Part shown: positions 21,118 to 30,470 of the stretch, in pieces
How the letters are laid out: every line of letters begins with the position of its first letter
Position numbering within the stretch: position 1 is the stretch's first letter
Assembly (NCBI GenBank): GCA_965225855.1
Contig: CBDDCK010000005.1
Location: 1,120,001 to 1,184,000 of the forward strand
Direction of reading: 5' to 3'
Origin: Spirochaetia bacterium
GTDB lineage: Bacteria > Spirochaetota > Spirochaetia > SP-2023
Length of the DNA stretch: 64,000 nucleotides
Translations under genes and position numbers: made by a program
The notes under the pieces: model-generated
What the model was told of the DNA's origin: nothing
What the model saw: only the letters and a program-made list of their open reading frames with translations
Databases searched by the model: none

Positions 21118-22209
21118 CTAGCGAAAATAATTATTAATATAGGCTTCCCTAGCTGCATTGTGATCATCAAAAGACGCGCTAAAAGTATGTGTGCCTTTGG
21201 CAGCGTCCTTCACGACAAAAAATAAATAGTCTGTTTTAGCTGAATGAAATACCGCATTCAAGGCGATGCGCCCCACGCTGGCGATAGGCTGAGGTGGCAA
21301 TCCTTGGTTTAAATAGGTATTGTAAGGGGATAGTTGTTCTAAATCCCTAAACAAAATTCGGTTAGGGTGGGGGAGGCCCAGCTCTTCGGTTAAAACATAG
21401 ACAATTGTGGCGCAAGATTCTAGCTTAATACCTTGCTTGAACCGATTCCAAAATACCGAAGCAATTATAGGAGCTTCCTCGGTAGCACGGTATTCTTTTT
21501 GTACAATAGAGGCTAATACCAGATTTTGGTAAAGCTGCTGGGGGGCTATATCGCGCCATTTTGGCACAATCTTTTCCAAATTATTGACAAAATTTTTCAG
21601 CATGAGCTCAATCATTTTTTCAGCAGAAAAAGTCTTAGGTAAAAAGTAAGTATCGGGGAATAAAAAACCTTCCAAAGTAAATTGTTCGGGTGCCTGTGAA
21701 TATGCTGAAGGTAAGGGTAAATGATATTTTAGAGCATATTTACCGACTTTGCGACTTTCTTCCAAAAAAGCTTTGGCAGAAAGGATTTCTTTTTTCTCCA
21801 AAAGTAAGGCAACTTGGCGGCGACTCAATCCTTCGGGAATGGTTATCGAATATGTTTTTTGCGGCTGGGCAATTTGGAAAAAAGCAATCAATTCTTGGGT
21901 ATTGAGAAAACGAGGCCAAATATATGAACCCGCTTTCAAAGTAATTGGCTTTTTGTGCAGTCGAAGCTGAACTTGAAGCTGAATTTTGTACCAGAGCAGA
22001 GAACGGATTAAATTTTCATTTTTTAATCGCAGCCCTAGGCTATTCCAAGTATCGCCATCAGAAATAGTAAATTCTCGACCAATCCAATTGCTTTGTGCTG
22101 GGCTCGGGCTGTTGGCCATTTGGGATAAAAAGAATACAGCTATGGCTGTAAAAATAACCAATAATATAGCGATTAAGAAAAGGATTTTTATCTTAGGCAT
22201 CTTAAGCAT
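21118..22209 (-). CDS. mltG: Endolytic transglycosylase MltG (YceG)
   Basis: N-terminal TM anchor, ITIPEGL, LEGFLFPDTY, LASIVQKE, IASVFWNR, SPYNTYLNQGLPPQPI, YLFFV. Confidence 0.95.
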   Translation of the reverse strand: MLKMPKIKILFLIAILLVIFTAIAVFFLSQMANSPSPAQSNWIGREFTISDGDTWNSLGLRLKNENLIRSLLWYKIQLQVQLRLHKKPITLKAGSYIWPRFLNTQELIAFFQIAQPQKTYSITIPEGLSRRQVALLLEKKEILSAKAFLEESRKVGKYALKYHLPLPSAYSQAPEQFTLEGFLFPDTYFLPKTFSAEKMIELMLKNFVNNLEKIVPKWRDIAPQQLYQNLVLASIVQKEYRATEEAPIIASVFWNRFKQGIKLESCATIVYVLTEELGLPHPNRILFRDLEQLSPYNTYLNQGLPPQPIASVGRIALNAVFHSAKTDYLFFVVKDAAKGTHTFSASFDDHNAAREAYINNYFR

Positions 22210-22247
22210 TAGTCTCCTTCGGTTGTATGAAAAATAACAAACTATTT

Positions 22248-22697
22248 TTAACGGCTCAATGGTTTTCTTTCTGCCAATTCAGCCAAAATTTTAGAAATTT
22301 TTTCAAAGCTGTGGCGCTGTCCTTGATTCATGCCTGGGCATTGCAAAGCCTCTTCCTCCCAGTCTTGTTGAGAAGCAAGATTTTGTGGCCAAAATGGATA
22401 CGATGAACATTGCAAAGGGCGGACTGGATATATGCTACAACCATTCGACCAGAAAATACAATCATACTCTGGGGTCTCGGTAAAAGAGAGCCGATTGACA
22501 CCGCCAAAAGATACTTCACGAGTATATTTTTTACGAAAAACAGCAGGTGGAATACGCAGGTAATGACATATTTTTGCCATTTCTTCTGCACTGAAAAACA
22601 CATAACCTTCTTCATGGCGGCAGCAGGCATGGCAACCTGTGCAAGAAAATTGTAAACCGTCAGCAAAAAAATTTTTAGGAGAAGATGATTCAGACAT
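22248..22697 (-). CDS. YkgJ-family cysteine cluster protein (CxxCxxCC)
   Basis: FSCTGCHACC, CIFW..GCSIYPVRPLQCSSYPFW, CPGMNQG. Confidence 0.9.
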   Translation of the reverse strand: MSESSSPKNFFADGLQFSCTGCHACCRHEEGYVFFSAEEMAKICHYLRIPPAVFRKKYTREVSFGGVNRLSFTETPEYDCIFWSNGCSIYPVRPLQCSSYPFWPQNLASQQDWEEEALQCPGMNQGQRHSFEKISKILAELAERKPLSR

Positions 22698-22811
22698 AAA
22701 TAAAACAATAATTCTACTGGAGAGTTGCTTTTATTTCAATTCCCTGTATATTTTGCTTCCTTGTTTTTAGCTGGCTTATCAAATGAATCGAATAAGTGGA
22801 AAGGAAGATCG

Positions 22812-23618
22812 ATGAGAAACCTCTATAGTATTTGGAGAATTGTATTTGGAGTATTATTATTTCTCTTTGCGTTATTTTTAGGTTATGTTCAATTTCAGCC
22901 GGATCCTATCGAAGAATGGTTGCCTTACTCTACTGTAACGCAGCATCTTCTGCTAGTCCGCCACCAAAATTATATTTTGGGTTACCATGAAAGTAGCAAA
23001 CAGCCAGCTTGGGTGCTCTACGAATTGCTGGCTTCTGAGTTGACGGGGAAACGCCAGCAACGCAGTAATAATTTCCGAGAAGACCCTAAAATTTTAACGG
23101 GCTCGGCAAGCTTAATGGATTACCGCAAAAGTGGTTACGATCGAGGCCATTTGGCCCCTGCTGCCGATATGGCTTTTTCGGCAACAGCGATGAATGAATC
23201 TTTTTATCTGTCCAATATCAGCCCGCAAAAACCAGGTTTTAATCGGGGCATTTGGCGTGAGTTGGAAAGTTTAATTCGCACTTGGGCAATTCAATACCAA
23301 AGGCTCATTATTGTTACTGCAGGGGTTGTTACAGGCGAGTCAATCGAGCAAATATCTTACATTGGTGAAAACCGAGTATGGGTTCCACGCTACTACTATA
23401 AAATTGTCTATGACCCGCACAGAAAGACCATGATTGCTTTTTTACTGGAAAATCAAAGTTATCAATTTCGACCAGATGAAGACCTTGCTATATTTGCGAC
23501 TTCTGTTGATCAAATAGAAAAAATGACCAAGCTTGATTTCTTCCCCCGTATACCCGATGTTGAGGAAAAACGTATGGAGGCTTATAGCGATGTACAAGAT
23601 TGGGATTTTGAAGAATAA
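22812..23618 (+). CDS. DNA/RNA non-specific endonuclease (NucA/EndG family), membrane-anchored
   Basis: SGYDRGHLAPAAD, ESFYLSNISPQKPGFNRGIWRELE, VPRYYYKI, SVDQIEKMTKLDFF; AAGGAAG RBS before ATG 22812. Confidence 0.93.
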   Translation: MRNLYSIWRIVFGVLLFLFALFLGYVQFQPDPIEEWLPYSTVTQHLLLVRHQNYILGYHESSKQPAWVLYELLASELTGKRQQRSNNFREDPKILTGSASLMDYRKSGYDRGHLAPAADMAFSATAMNESFYLSNISPQKPGFNRGIWRELESLIRTWAIQYQRLIIVTAGVVTGESIEQISYIGENRVWVPRYYYKIVYDPHRKTMIAFLLENQSYQFRPDEDLAIFATSVDQIEKMTKLDFFPRIPDVEEKRMEAYSDVQDWDFEE

Positions 23619-23647
23619 TCCCCAAAAGAAAAGCAAAGGAAGATAAT

Positions 23648-25066
23648 ATGAAGCGTTACTTTGCCGACTACAAAACAATCGTTTTATTAGCTTATCCTGT
23701 GATCCTTAGCAATGCGGTAGATACTCTAATGATGATGGTCGATCGTTTCTTTTTATCGCGCTTTGGCAATGCAGCAGAAATTATGCTGGGTGCTGCTATG
23801 GGGGGTGGTATTATTGCCTATATGCTGCAAGCTCCAATAACGGGCTTGCTCCTATACACCAATGCCATGATCTCACAAAATTTTGGCCGCAAGCAACTAC
23901 CACGCTGTGCCCAAGTAACATCACAGGCAATGTACTGGGTGCTACTGTATTATCCATTCATGTTGGCTTTAAGCTATTTAATACCATCAACTTTAGCGTG
24001 GATGGAGCATGACCCTGCATTGGCAAAAGCCGAATGGGACTATTCTCGCATTTTAATTGCAGGCAATATTTTTGCTATTTTGCGCATTCCGCTCAATAGT
24101 TTTTTTATTGCCAGTAACCGTTCTAATTTAGTGATGAAAGTTTCTTTTGCCGCTTTATTGCTGAATATTCCACTGAATTATTGGTTCATTTTTGATATGC
24201 CTTTACACTTACACTTGGGGAGGCGTTTGGGGCTTTGGAATTTACAGCCTAGTAGCTTGGGACTTAGTACGGGAATTGCTGGAGCTGCTTTGGCAACAGT
24301 GCTTTCGCAATCCTTAGCTTGTGCTTTATTGCTATTAGTTTTTTTGCGCCAGCAACGCAAATATCGAGTTGCTGAGTCTTGGCGTGCGTGTTTTCAACTG
24401 CATCAAGAATTATTGCGTTACGGTTTGCCAACCTCGTTAGAACTATTTTTGAATATGTTTGCCATCAATGGTTTTATGATGTTATTTTATTCCATTAGTC
24501 CTTTGGTGGCTGCTGCTGGTACTATTACTCTTAGCTGGGACTTATGTAATTTTATTTTACTTTTGGGCATTAGTACGGCCACAACTACGCTAGTAGGCCA
24601 AAGCCTTGGTTCGGGGAATATAGCCTTAGCTAAGCGTTATACTCACTTGATTTTAGTAGGTGCTTTGATTTTTTCCGGTATTCTTAGTTTATGGTTTTTC
24701 TTTGCGCCGGATTTATTGAGCCAATTTTTTATCACCGATTCAGCAATTGACCCAGAAGGTTTGCGCAACATGAGCCGCAAAATGCTGCGTTTATCGGCAT
24801 TTTATTTACTGGCAGATGCCTGTGGTTCGGTCATGCGTGGCACTTTAAGTGGGGCTGGGGATACTTTTGTTGTCATGTTAATTTCTGTTTCAATGCATTT
24901 TGTGTTACTACTTGGGGCTGTGATATTGCGAAAAACATTACATGCAGATGCTATAGAACTTTGGATTTTGTTTGGTATTTTTATCTTATTGGTCAATGCC
25001 GCTTTTACAATCCGCTACCTCAAAGGACCTTGGGCTAGCCGCTGGCATCTTGCTTCACAAAAGTAA
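23648..25066 (+). CDS. MATE family efflux transporter
   Basis: LAYPVIL, ISQNFGR, GIAGAALATVLSQ, YGLP, TTLVGQSLGSG, GAGDT; about 12 TM segments. Confidence 0.92.
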   Translation: MKRYFADYKTIVLLAYPVILSNAVDTLMMMVDRFFLSRFGNAAEIMLGAAMGGGIIAYMLQAPITGLLLYTNAMISQNFGRKQLPRCAQVTSQAMYWVLLYYPFMLALSYLIPSTLAWMEHDPALAKAEWDYSRILIAGNIFAILRIPLNSFFIASNRSNLVMKVSFAALLLNIPLNYWFIFDMPLHLHLGRRLGLWNLQPSSLGLSTGIAGAALATVLSQSLACALLLLVFLRQQRKYRVAESWRACFQLHQELLRYGLPTSLELFLNMFAINGFMMLFYSISPLVAAAGTITLSWDLCNFILLLGISTATTTLVGQSLGSGNIALAKRYTHLILVGALIFSGILSLWFFFAPDLLSQFFITDSAIDPEGLRNMSRKMLRLSAFYLLADACGSVMRGTLSGAGDTFVVMLISVSMHFVLLLGAVILRKTLHADAIELWILFGIFILLVNAAFTIRYLKGPWASRWHLASQK

Positions 25067-25208
25067 ATATATAAAGTCTTAGATTGCTCTTGCAAGCTTT
25101 TGAGCCCTTACATCTGCACCTAGCACTAGCAAAAAAACGCCATTTAGATAGCTTTAGTTTTTTGCTATTCATTATTTATCTTTTTTTAGTTACAGAAAGG
25201 AAAAGTCT

Positions 25209-28200
25209 ATGAAAAATAACTTTAAGGAACTTTTGCAATATTTAGGATTTTCGGAAGACAATAATATCTTTAGCAAAAACTTTTCTGAAAATTCTTACCT
25301 AAAAGTGGATTTTCAAAAACAAGAAATAATCTATCCCGAAGACCAAGGTTTAAAAGTCAATGAACGCCAGACTTGTAATTTTTCGTCTGCGGAAAATATA
25401 GTTGTGTTGGAATGTGTGCATAGATTATTGGCCAAAGGCTATAAGCCAGAACATATAGAACTAGAACCCAAATGGAAACTTGGGCACGGCGCAAGTGGTG
25501 GCAGAGCCGATATTTTAGTAAAAGACCAAGAAGAGAAGCCATTACTGTTAATAGAATGCAAAACATATGGCAAAGAATTTAATAAAGAATGGGAGGAAAC
25601 TTGCCAAAATGGTGGGCAATTATTTTCTTATGCGCAACAAATTTCTGCAGTAGAATACTTATGCCTTTACGCCAGTAGCTTTGATATAAAAACCAAAGAA
25701 ATAACTGTTACCCACAAAATTATTGCCCACAAAGACAATCAGAAGATTTTAGAAAATACCCAAAAAGAAACACAAATGAAGTCTTTTCAAGAGGCAAAAA
25801 ATGTAGAACAACGCTTTGAGGTTTGGAAAAATACTTATCAATTAGAATTTACCACTAAGGGTATTTTTGAAGAAGATATACAAACCTACCAAATTGGCAA
25901 AGAGAAGTATACCTTAGAACACGATACCAAAGAAACCAGCAATACCGATAAAGATGGCAAATATCACCAATTTGCTACCATTTTGCGTAAGCATAATATT
26001 GCCCGCAAAGAGACTGCTTTTGAAGTATTAGTCAATTTATTTTTGTGCAAAATTGTTGATGAAGAAAACAATTCCACTAATCTCAAAAACGACTCCATTG
26101 GTCTTCAATTTTATTGGAAGGGCATTGCCTACGACGATTATTATGAATTTATTGACCGACTGCAGGCATTATACCAACAAGGTATGCGCAAACTTTTGCA
26201 TGAAGAAATTATATATGTTAGCAATGAGGACATACGTGATGCGTTTTGGACAGTAAAGAATAATCGCAATGCAACAAAGAAAAAGATTGAGGAACATTTT
26301 AGAAAGTTAAAATTTTATTCTAACAATGCGTTTTCTTTAATTGATGTACACAATGAACAAAAGTTTAATCGCAATACCAAAATATTGGTAGAGCTGGTGC
26401 AAATGTGGCAAGATTTGCGCTTAAAGACGGATTCGCAAAACCAATTTTTGGGCGATATGTTTGAGTTTTTCTTAGATAATAGTATCAAGCAATCCGAAGG
26501 ACAATACTTTACCCCAATACCCATTACCAAATTTATTGTTGGTTGTTTGCCGCTAAAAGATAAAATTTCTAACAAAGAAGAACCGCTTAATGCGATTGAT
26601 TTTGCCTGTGGTTCGGGGCATTTTTTAACCGAATACGCCCATCAAATAGAACCAATGGTAAAAGATTTGTTCCCAAGTAATGATTTGCTTGAAGTAAAAA
26701 ATCGGCTAAAACAATACTATGGACAAACCATAGGTATTGAAAAAGAAGATCGTTTGGCAAAGATTGCCAAGGTTTCGGTACAGATGTATGGGCAGGGGGA
26801 GATTGATATTTTAGAACAAGATGCGCTGATGGTGAGCGATAAAATCAAAGAACAAAGTTTTGATATATTGGTAGCCAACCCGCCTTTTTCAGTGAAAGGT
26901 TTTTTACAGAATTTAGATGAAAGGCAAAAAGATAACTATCAATTGAGTTCAACTGCCGATTCTGATAGCAATAATATTCAATGTTTTTTTATTGAAAGAG
27001 CCCAGCAATTGATGGCGGCCAGCGGGGTAGTCGGGCTTATTTTGCCTTCTTCGGTGCTTTCTAATAATGATAGTACCACTGTAGGTGCGCGGGAAATTAT
27101 CTTAAAGTATTTTAATATTGTGGCTTTGGTAGAGCTTGGCAGCGGCACTTTTGGCAAAACAGGCACCAATACCGTGGTATTGTTTTTAGAGCGTAAAAGC
27201 CAAAACCCCGAACCGAGTGAGCATTATGACAACCGCGTAAACGATTTTTTTAATAGTAATTGTTTGCAAGATACCGATAGCCAAACCAATTTTGAACAAT
27301 ACCAAGACCTATATTTTATTGAACAATATTGCCAGCATGTTGGCCTGCCTTTGGCAGAATATAAAAAACTATTTGGCATAACGAAAGAGAATTATACTAA
27401 GTTAGCCAAACTATTAGAACAAAATATATTTGTAGAATACCACAAAGCATTTAACGGCGGTAGCGAATTGAAAAGCCTAAAAAGCAAAAAATGGTATAAA
27501 GATTTGGCCGATGAAACCAAACAACAAGCCGAAGAAAATGAAATTTTTATTAAGCATTTGCACAAGATAGAAAAAGAAAAACTGTTTTATTTTATGCTGG
27601 CCTATAGCAATAAGCACAAGGTATTAATTATTAAAAGCCCCAGTGAAGCGAAAAAACAAAAGCAATTTTTGGGTTATGAATGGAGCGGTTCTAAGGGCAA
27701 TGAAGGCATCAAATACAACGGTGGCGACAATATTTATGATATTATTACCCCACTTTTTAACCCCAATGATTTTGAAGACCCAAGTAAAATCAATACATTG
27801 ATTCGGCAAAACTTCCTAAAGCAAGACCCTAACAACCTAGAGAACTTTGCAGAATATACCGATCAGATTCACTATGTGGATACCACAGATTTACTGGACT
27901 TTGGCCGTATTGATTTTACTAAAAGCTTTTCTCTGAACGCAACCAAACAGCAAAATATAGCAATAAAAACTAAATGGCCGCTGGTAAAATTGGGGGAAAT
28001 ATATCTTGAAGAAAAAGGTCTTAAAGTAAAAGCTGGGCTTGGTAATTATCTTGAAATTGGAGATATTAATATCAATACAAAGCAATATGATATTAATAAT
28101 AAGAGTAAGCTAACTGTTGAAGGAGCAATTAAAGTTCCTAAAGATACAATATTAATTTCAACTGTTAGGCCATCAAGAGGTGCAATAACGATTACAACTT

Positions 28201-29069
28201 CAGAAGTTAATGTCTCTAATGCTTTTTTTAAAATGAAACAGAATAATAAATATTTGTATCATATTTTAAATCAAGATATATTTTTTAATTACTTAGGAAG
28301 TGTAGCAAAAGGTGGACAATACCCAACTTGTAAGAAGAATGATATTCTAAATTTCAAAATCCCCCTGCCACCACCAGAAATACAAACAGAGATTGTCAAT
28401 GAATGCGAAGCCATAGACCAAGAGAGCCAAAGCGCACAACAAACTATTACACAGGCCAAAGCAGAAATTGAAAGTAAGGTAAAGGCCGTAATTGATGCGG
28501 GACATGCAGAAAAGAAATTGGGGGAAATTGCAGAAATTGTAATAGGAGGAACACCTTCCAGAAAGGTATCAAAATATTTTCAAGGTAGTAATCTCTGGGT
28601 TTCAATTGCAGAAATGAACGGGCAAATTATAACAGATACAAAAGAAAAAATAACAGAAGAAGCAATAGAAAAATCTAATGTAAAACTTATTCCTAAAGGA
28701 ACAACTCTTTTAAGTTTTAAGCTTTCCATTGGAAAAACTGCTATAGCTGGACAAGATTTATATACAAATGAAGCGATTGCAGGACTAATACCAAAAGATA
28801 ATGATACGATTTCAAACCAATATTTATACCATTTATTTAGTGCAAATAATGTAATTGATCTAAATAACATAGGAAAAAAAGCATTTGGGCAAAGCTTAAA
28901 CAGTAAGTTCTTAAAAGAAGAACTTACAATCCCCGTTCCGCCTTTGGAAGAACAAAACCAGCTCATTGCCCAAGTGGAATTGCTGGAAAATAAAATTACC
29001 CGTGCCCAACAAACCATAGAACAAGCCCCACAACAAAAGCAAATGGTTTTAGAAAAACATCTACAATAA
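25209..29069 (+). CDS. Single-chain restriction-modification enzyme: PD-(D/E)xK nuclease, N6-adenine methyltransferase and two HsdS-type TRDs (Type IIG/IIB-like)
   Basis: ADILV...LIECK nuclease; GQYFTP, DFACGSGHFL and VANPPF methyltransferase motifs; two KLGEI...IP(L/V)PP.E.Q S-subunit units. Confidence 0.93.
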   Translation: MKNNFKELLQYLGFSEDNNIFSKNFSENSYLKVDFQKQEIIYPEDQGLKVNERQTCNFSSAENIVVLECVHRLLAKGYKPEHIELEPKWKLGHGASGGRADILVKDQEEKPLLLIECKTYGKEFNKEWEETCQNGGQLFSYAQQISAVEYLCLYASSFDIKTKEITVTHKIIAHKDNQKILENTQKETQMKSFQEAKNVEQRFEVWKNTYQLEFTTKGIFEEDIQTYQIGKEKYTLEHDTKETSNTDKDGKYHQFATILRKHNIARKETAFEVLVNLFLCKIVDEENNSTNLKNDSIGLQFYWKGIAYDDYYEFIDRLQALYQQGMRKLLHEEIIYVSNEDIRDAFWTVKNNRNATKKKIEEHFRKLKFYSNNAFSLIDVHNEQKFNRNTKILVELVQMWQDLRLKTDSQNQFLGDMFEFFLDNSIKQSEGQYFTPIPITKFIVGCLPLKDKISNKEEPLNAIDFACGSGHFLTEYAHQIEPMVKDLFPSNDLLEVKNRLKQYYGQTIGIEKEDRLAKIAKVSVQMYGQGEIDILEQDALMVSDKIKEQSFDILVANPPFSVKGFLQNLDERQKDNYQLSSTADSDSNNIQCFFIERAQQLMAASGVVGLILPSSVLSNNDSTTVGAREIILKYFNIVALVELGSGTFGKTGTNTVVLFLERKSQNPEPSEHYDNRVNDFFNSNCLQDTDSQTNFEQYQDLYFIEQYCQHVGLPLAEYKKLFGITKENYTKLAKLLEQNIFVEYHKAFNGGSELKSLKSKKWYKDLADETKQQAEENEIFIKHLHKIEKEKLFYFMLAYSNKHKVLIIKSPSEAKKQKQFLGYEWSGSKGNEGIKYNGGDNIYDIITPLFNPNDFEDPSKINTLIRQNFLKQDPNNLENFAEYTDQIHYVDTTDLLDFGRIDFTKSFSLNATKQQNIAIKTKWPLVKLGEIYLEEKGLKVKAGLGNYLEIGDININTKQYDINNKSKLTVEGAIKVPKDTILISTVRPSRGAITITTSEVNVSNAFFKMKQNNKYLYHILNQDIFFNYLGSVAKGGQYPTCKKNDILNFKIPLPPPEIQTEIVNECEAIDQESQSAQQTITQAKAEIESKVKAVIDAGHAEKKLGEIAEIVIGGTPSRKVSKYFQGSNLWVSIAEMNGQIITDTKEKITEEAIEKSNVKLIPKGTTLLSFKLSIGKTAIAGQDLYTNEAIAGLIPKDNDTISNQYLYHLFSANNVIDLNNIGKKAFGQSLNSKFLKEELTIPVPPLEEQNQLIAQVELLENKITRAQQTIEQAPQQKQMVLEKHLQ

Positions 29070-29241
29070 AGGTGGTGGCTGGTAAACTTTTGGTTTGTTT
29101 CGGTTGCTTCAGTGGGCTTTTCCAAGCAAAAATATAAGCAAGGCCTAAGAAAGCTCTGGGCAGAATTTCAACGACAAAAAACCAAGATACAAAAATGCCT
29201 CGCTGATAGGCCAAACCGCTTAGACCGAATGCCCAATATTG

Positions 29242-29340
29242 CTTCCCGTATTTAGTCGCGGCTCTTCCCGTATTTAGCCGAAGCTCTTCCCGTATTTAGC
29301 CGAAGCTCTTCCCGTATTTAGCCGAAGCTCTTCCCGTATA
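29242..29340. repeat. 22-bp tandem direct repeat, 4.5 copies
   Basis: CTTCCCGTATTTAGCCGAAGCT units start at 29242 (variant), 29264, 29286 and 29308, with a partial unit at 29330. Confidence 0.95.
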
Positions 29341-29397
29341 TGTCCCGAGCGCAGAGTGCAAATAACTTTGGCAATATATTGTTTGTTTTGTAGGGTG

Positions 29398-29478
29398 ATG
29401 GTTTTCGCAAAATATCTACAAAAGCAGTGGTTGGTAAACTTTTGGTTAGGGTCGGTTGGGTAAGTCGGCTTTTCCAAA
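29398..29478 (+). repeat. Diverged copy of the R-M gene 3' end and its trailer (29043-29125)
   Basis: ATGGTTTTcGcAAAAtATCTACAA...GTGGtTGGTAAACTTTTGGTT...GGCTTTTCCAA; encodes MVFAKYLQ versus MVLEKHLQ. Confidence 0.8.
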
Positions 29479-29765
29479 TGTAACGGGGCATGAAGAATGG
29501 AATTAATGTTCATGCAAAATGAAACGCAACCAAAACCCCAAAAAAGACACAAAAAAGCGCAAGTACAAAGTCGGTAGGCCAACTATAAACAACCTCGCCC
29601 ATTTTGGGCGAAGTTTAACGCGGGGTAGGCCAACTACAACGAAGGCAAAAGAAGAGTAAAATGATATGTGAGCTGATAGTAAAAAGTTAAAGAATAAAAT
29701 AGACATAGAAATTAAATCTGGATATAATTTTTAGTCAAACCTACTTTATATAGGAGACTTTAACA

Positions 29766-30470
29766 ATGTCACATATTCCAAAGAGGCGAGAAAAAATTTC
29801 TTCCAATTCTTCATTTAAAAAAGAGTCGGTAGAAAATGAGTTATTTCCTGATGAGCTAAAACAAGATAAAATTTACAACCCAGAAGATATTTACAACCCA
29901 GAAGATATTTTGCCTAAAAAAGATATACAGAAGATCGTCTCATGCTTTGAGAGTGCGCATCAAGAATTGCATAGTATTCCTCCAGATACATCAATTTATT
30001 TTGATCAATCAACAAGAGCCCATATATTCAATAGAATATTGCTCGGAAAAACAAAGGAACAAGGGTTTACTATTCATGAAAAGAATAACATAAGTTTACT
30101 TACACGAACAAATGAAGGAAAGAACTATATCTTCAAGTTTAAAAAATATCAGAATGGCTCACCCCAAAACAACCATACTAATACTTCGTTAGAATACGAA
30201 AAAGAAGGAGAGGCAAATTTACCAGGGATTCAAAACCATGAAGCTTTTTTTATTGGCTATGAAGTAGATGAATTTTGGCAATTCAAGTCAATATTTATTG
30301 AAAAAAGACGAGCTGAGATTAGCTCTAATAAAATGAAAATATTGTTTCATGCACCCATATGGCCTAAGTATAGTAGAGCCTTACAAGAGGTAGTAGAACA
30401 ACAAACACCTCCAAATGTTAAAAAGCTCAAATCATTGCAAATCAAGCCAAAGGTAAGAAGAAATGAATGA
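29766..30470 (+). CDS. Hypothetical protein, putative toxin/partner of the downstream HTH-peptidase
   Basis: AGGAG RBS; overlaps the next gene by 8 bp (ATGAATGA); FKFKK...N.T...LPG...IGY pattern; internal 18-bp duplication (IYNPED x2). Confidence 0.7.
   Translation: MSHIPKRREKISSNSSFKKESVENELFPDELKQDKIYNPEDIYNPEDILPKKDIQKIVSCFESAHQELHSIPPDTSIYFDQSTRAHIFNRILLGKTKEQGFTIHEKNNISLLTRTNEGKNYIFKFKKYQNGSPQNNHTNTSLEYEKEGEANLPGIQNHEAFFIGYEVDEFWQFKSIFIEKRRAEISSNKMKILFHAPIWPKYSRALQEVVEQQTPPNVKKLKSLQIKPKVRRNE

Noticed and set aside
29242..29340. CRISPR array (also considered for 36073-36182 and 55271-55393)
   Set aside because: Units are contiguous with no unique spacers, and no cas genes are in the window.
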